50,884 bases of DNA, taken from an uncultured Verrucomicrobiota bacterium (GTDB lineage: Bacteria; Verrucomicrobiota; Kiritimatiellia; CAIKKV01; CAITUY01). Location of the stretch: the NCBI GenBank assembly GCA_964458765.1, contig CAYWKN010000002.1:1-50884 (forward strand). Reading direction: 5' to 3'. This document shows positions 47,166 through 50,884 of this stretch, in pieces (within the stretch, counting starts at the first letter, position 1; every line of letters begins with the position of its first letter). The position numbers and the translations under genes were made by a program. The notes under the pieces were generated by a model. It saw nothing but the letters and a program-made list of their open reading frames with translations, did no database searches and was not told the origin of the DNA.

Positions 47166-48203
47166 TCACCAAAGCAATTCATGTTGATTGACCCACCCGA
47201 GTAATCGTTCCACTCCCGTCATGGGAGTGGTCTTGGGCTGCCAGCCAAGCACAGAACGAGCCTTCTGGATGTCCGAAACATATGCCTTCTGGTCACTGGG
47301 CCGCCAATCCGCGAACTGGAGAGGAACTTTCCTGCCGGTCATGCGTTCAATCATCTCTATCAATTCGAGCAGGGAGAGCGTGTTTTCCGCGCCTCCGCCA
47401 ATGTTGAACACCCCATGCGGAACATCCGCGGTGATGAACTTGTCATATGCCGCGACCAGATCCGACACCTCCAAGACGTCCCGCACCTGCTTGCCGTCCC
47501 CATAAATCGTGATCGGCCGTCCCTTGACAGCCGCAATGATGAACCACGCCACCCATCCTTGATCCTCAAACCCGAACTGTCTGGTGCCGTAAATGCACGA
47601 CATCCGGAATACACCGGTCTTGTGCCCGTACAAACGTGCCCATTCCTGGACATAAAGATCCGCCGCCAGTTTTGAACAACCGTATGGAGTATGCTTGCAG
47701 TGATCAATGGCAAAGGATTCCGGAATGCCTTGATGATAGCGTCCCGCGATCCGATACCGCTTCGCATCCTCCACCAATTCCGCCTCGTTGACGTTGTCGC
47801 CATACACCTTGTTGGTGGAGCAGTACAGGACGGTTTTCTTCTCTCCGCTGCGACGCACGGCCTCGAGAACATTAAATGTTCCACAAACGTTGGTCTCGAA
47901 GTCCGGGCGAGGGTCCTCCACCGAAGTCGTGACGGCCGTCTGTCCGGCTATATGAAAGATCACCTCCGCCCGACAGCAGTACGGCGCGAGATCTTCATAG
48001 TCACGCACATCCTTGCATACTCTTTGAATGGTGGGGAATTGTCCCAGATACTTCCAGTTGTACTCCGCGTTCCGCTCGTCTCGCTTCAGCAATCGCCCCC
48101 GGGAGAGATTATCATAGACGACCACCTCGTTCCCCTTGCGGGCATAGTATTCCGCCACATGGCTCCCGATGAAACCAGCCCCTCCCGTTACAAGTATTCT
48201 CAT
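47166..48203 (-). CDS. NAD-dependent sugar-nucleotide epimerase/dehydratase (SDR; CDP-paratose-2-epimerase-like)
   Basis: MRILVTGGAGFIGSHV Rossmann motif, YGCSKLAAD (YxxxK), 345 aa. Confidence 0.9.
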   Translation of the reverse strand: MRILVTGGAGFIGSHVAEYYARKGNEVVVYDNLSRGRLLKRDERNAEYNWKYLGQFPTIQRVCKDVRDYEDLAPYCCRAEVIFHIAGQTAVTTSVEDPRPDFETNVCGTFNVLEAVRRSGEKKTVLYCSTNKVYGDNVNEAELVEDAKRYRIAGRYHQGIPESFAIDHCKHTPYGCSKLAADLYVQEWARLYGHKTGVFRMSCIYGTRQFGFEDQGWVAWFIIAAVKGRPITIYGDGKQVRDVLEVSDLVAAYDKFITADVPHGVFNIGGGAENTLSLLELIEMIERMTGRKVPLQFADWRPSDQKAYVSDIQKARSVLGWQPKTTPMTGVERLLGWVNQHELLW

Positions 48204-48300
48204 AGGCTACCCTCCTGCTGCTTGCCGCTGTGGCGGTCTGCCTTTCGCGCCCCCCTGTTCTGTTCGAATGAGCCACACATCTCACCGGGGGCCATCCGCT

Positions 48301-48876
48301 CTACGACCCCGGATGCTCCATCGGCACCCCACCCTTGCACAGGGGACATTGGGCCGGTTCGTACACCACGGGTTCCATGTTCAACAAACTCACCACCGGG
48401 TGGCGGAAGCGCGCCTTGCCACCGCTGCGGTCCACCAGAACGGCAATCGCCGCAACCGTTCCGCCCTGCTTTTCCACGATGTCGATTGTCTCCTGCACCC
48501 GGCCGCCCCGCGTAATCACATCTTCCGCCACCACATACGCGGCCCCCGCCGGAATCTGGAAACCCCGGCGCAGGACCAGGACTCCTTCCTGTTTCTCCGC
48601 AAAAATGGATACCACATCCAGGGCCTTGGCAACCTCATGCCCGACAAACAATCCTCCCATGGCAGGCGCAATCACACCCTCCACCCGAACCCCCGGCAGG
48701 GCAGCCCGCATCTTCATCACAAGGGCTTCACACAAACGCCCCGCAATCCTCGGATGCTGCAATACCTTGGCACACTGGAAAAACTGGTCGCTATGCAGTC
48801 CGGAACGGAGTTCAAAATGCCCTTTCAGCAACGCCCGGGTATCCAGAAACACTTGCAGGACTTCTTTGTCTGTCAT
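48301..48876 (-). CDS. pyrE: Orotate phosphoribosyltransferase
   Basis: GHFELRSGLHSDQFFQ and PRPP-binding VVAEDVITRGGRV. Start moved to ATG 48876 (MTDKEVLQ...). Confidence 0.9.
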   Translation of the reverse strand: MTDKEVLQVFLDTRALLKGHFELRSGLHSDQFFQCAKVLQHPRIAGRLCEALVMKMRAALPGVRVEGVIAPAMGGLFVGHEVAKALDVVSIFAEKQEGVLVLRRGFQIPAGAAYVVAEDVITRGGRVQETIDIVEKQGGTVAAIAVLVDRSGGKARFRHPVVSLLNMEPVVYEPAQCPLCKGGVPMEHPGS

Positions 48877-48998
48877 GGCTTGCACCTCGACGCCGTGTAT
48901 AACACGTAAATCCCCAGTCCACAACCATCCTGTTCATCCTGTGTAGCCACGTTTTCCCGGGATTTTCCTGTCCTGCGATGGATTCCGTCCGCACGGAA

Positions 48999-50882
48999 CT
49001 ACATCACCGAAACGGCATCCACATCCACCGATGCCGACACCCCTGCCGGCCACCGGAAGGCACGCAAGGCGGGTTTCAGGGCCTCCAGAATCGTGCGGGT
49101 CACAGGCGCACGCAGGATCATCTGGAACCGGTATAACCCCTTGGCCCGCTCCAGCGGAGCAACGGCCGGTCCCGCCAGAACCACCGTCGCCGGCAAGAGC
49201 GGTTTGAGCTGCCCGGCGAATGATTCCACCGCCGCCTCCACCCGTTCACGCGCCGCACCTTTGACCGAAACACAAACCAGATGCCCGAACGGCGGATACC
49301 CCAGCTCACGCCGGTACTCGAACTCCTTGTCGCAGAATCCCTCGTAGTCCAGACGGCGCGCCGCCTGCACCGCGGCATGAAACGGCGTGAACGTCTGCAC
49401 AATCACCTCACCCGGAACATCCCCGCGACCGGCCCGGCCCGCCACCTGCGTCAAGAGCTGAAACGTCCGTTCCCCCGCCCGGAAATCCGGCATGTGCAGG
49501 CTGGTGTCGGCATTGAGCACCCCGATCAGCGTCACATTGGGGAAATCCAAACCCTTGGCAATCATCTGGGTCCCCACCAGAATATCAATCTTGCCGGTCC
49601 GGAAGTCGCCAAGGATCCGGTCATGCGACCCTTTCTGCCTCGTCGTGTCCGCATCCATCCGCGCCACACGGGCCCCCGCAAAGACCTTCGCCGCCGCCGC
49701 CTCCACCCGCTGCGTGCCAATCCCCGTCAGCTTGTATTCCGGGTCCGAACAGCCGGGACACCGTTCCGGCACCCGCCGCCCCGCCCCGCACACATGGCAT
49801 TGCAGGGACTCCTCCTGCCGGTGATAGGTCAGGCTGATGCTGCAATGGTCGCAGGTCGCCACATACCCGCACTTGGGACAAACCAGGGACGTCGCATATC
49901 CGCGCCGGTTCAGGAACAACATCACCTGCTCGCCGCGCGCCATCCGCGCCCGGACCGCGCTCACCAGTTCCCCTGAAAACACCGATACCCTCCCCGTCCG
50001 CTCCGCCTCCTGCCGCATGTCAACGATCTGCATGCCGGGCATGGTCCGGTGATCCACCCGGTGCCGCATCGTCACCAGGCGGTACTTGCCCTTCCGGGCA
50101 TTGTGATAGGATTCCAGGGCCGGAGTGGCGGACCCCAGAAGCACGGCGCATCCCTGCATGTGCCCGCGCATGACGGCCACGTCGCGCGCGTTGTAGCGCG
50201 GCGCCTCCTCCTGCTTGTAGCTGTTCTCGTGCTCCTCATCCACGACGATCAGCCCGAGGTTCCGCACGGGCGCAAACACCGCCGAACGCGCCCCGATCAC
50301 AATCCGCGCCTGCCCGTCATGGATGCGATGCCATTCGTCATGGCGCTCCCCGTCCGACAGGTGGCTGTGCAACACGGCGATCACCCCGCCAAACCGGCTC
50401 CGGAACCGTTCAATGGTCTGGGGGGTCAGGGAAATCTCCGGCACCAGCACAATGGCCCCCTTGTCCTGCCGGAGCGCGTGGTCCATGGCCCTCAAGTAGA
50501 CTTCCGTCTTGCCGCTGCCCGTCACACCGTGCAGCAGGATCACCGGCGGGGCCAGCCGGTCAATGGATTCGCGAACCACTTGCAGGGCCGCCGCCTGTTC
50601 GGGCATGAGTTCGGGCGGAACGGACGGCAGAATCGTATGCCGGGCCATCGGATCGCGCAAGGAGGCCTGCTTCACGACCCGAACCAATCCCTTGCGCTCC
50701 AGCGCCCGCACGGTTCCCGCGTCGGCCCCGGAAACCTTGACCAGTTCTTGCAGGAACATCCCGCCTTGCGCACTCAAGGCGGCAAGAACAGCGGCTTGCT
50801 TCGGAGCCCGCCCCTCCCGCCCCCTTGCCCCTTGTTTCTGAATACACTCGCAACTCTTTGAAATTGAACATCCAACATCCAA
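48999..50882 (-). CDS. priA: Primosomal replication-restart helicase PriA (5' end outside the window)
   Basis: LLHGVTGSGKTEVY, VVDEEHE, Zn-binding CPKCGYVATCDHCSISLTYH...CHVCG...CPGC, GTQMIAKGLDFPNVTL. The ORF runs to the window edge. Confidence 0.93.
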   Translation of the reverse strand: MDVGCSISKSCECIQKQGARGREGRAPKQAAVLAALSAQGGMFLQELVKVSGADAGTVRALERKGLVRVVKQASLRDPMARHTILPSVPPELMPEQAAALQVVRESIDRLAPPVILLHGVTGSGKTEVYLRAMDHALRQDKGAIVLVPEISLTPQTIERFRSRFGGVIAVLHSHLSDGERHDEWHRIHDGQARIVIGARSAVFAPVRNLGLIVVDEEHENSYKQEEAPRYNARDVAVMRGHMQGCAVLLGSATPALESYHNARKGKYRLVTMRHRVDHRTMPGMQIVDMRQEAERTGRVSVFSGELVSAVRARMARGEQVMLFLNRRGYATSLVCPKCGYVATCDHCSISLTYHRQEESLQCHVCGAGRRVPERCPGCSDPEYKLTGIGTQRVEAAAAKVFAGARVARMDADTTRQKGSHDRILGDFRTGKIDILVGTQMIAKGLDFPNVTLIGVLNADTSLHMPDFRAGERTFQLLTQVAGRAGRGDVPGEVIVQTFTPFHAAVQAARRLDYEGFCDKEFEYRRELGYPPFGHLVCVSVKGAARERVEAAVESFAGQLKPLLPATVVLAGPAVAPLERAKGLYRFQMILRAPVTRTILEALKPALRAFRWPAGVSASVDVDAVSVM

Positions 50883-50884
50883 CA

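Noticed and set aside
48262-48269. GTTCGAAT (tRNA T-loop-like) in the pyrE-epimerase spacer
   Set aside because: The flanking bases cannot form a T-stem (ttctg / gagcc), and the 98-nt spacer has no acceptor or anticodon arms.

Overview
High-GC bacterial chromosomal segment. I counted 41/60 and 38/60 G+C in sample lines of housekeeping genes. The exosortase and TPR-rich gene content suggests a PVC-group organism (Verrucomicrobia/Kiritimatiellae/Lentisphaerae-like), but that is a guess. Most of the window is ordinary core genome: amidase, cmk-aroA, vapBC, a complete F1Fo ATP synthase operon (atpZ-BEFHAGDC-atpZ'), gmhB, a class II (B12) ribonucleotide reductase, an NtrB/NtrC-like two-component pair, pyrE and priA (cut by the right edge). 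Two accessory regions stand out. (1) nt ~17.87-29.1 kb holds a six-gene, tightly coupled Type I restriction-modification operon: HTH-hsdM, a DUF1016/YhcG nuclease-like gene, hsdS, a 1071-aa KAP-family P-loop NTPase with a transmembrane hairpin, hsdR, and a short DUF45 metallopeptidase-like gene. The KAP gene is low-GC and sits between hsdS and hsdR, the slot prrC occupies in the E. coli prr locus. It is my top candidate for an undescribed RM-coupled defence module. The same operon carries identical 23-60 nt double-hairpin repeats inserted in-frame in hsdS and hsdR, plus several perfect palindromes that look like operators. (2) nt 40.35-48.2 kb is an envelope/exopolysaccharide cluster whose key gene fuses an exosortase (Cys/Arg/His motifs) to ~1000 aa of TPR repeats. 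It is followed by a beta-barrel OMP gene, a GT4 glycosyltransferase and an epimerase. Smaller oddities are a 13-copy heptanucleotide tract bridging two genes, a GHMP-kinase::GalU-like fusion next to gmhB, NrdR-box-like palindromes upstream of nrdJ, and an orphan RACo-like (2Fe-2S + ASKHA) gene. No rRNA, tRNA, CRISPR array, transposase or integrase was seen. The many long antisense ORFs are high-GC shadow frames and were rejected.
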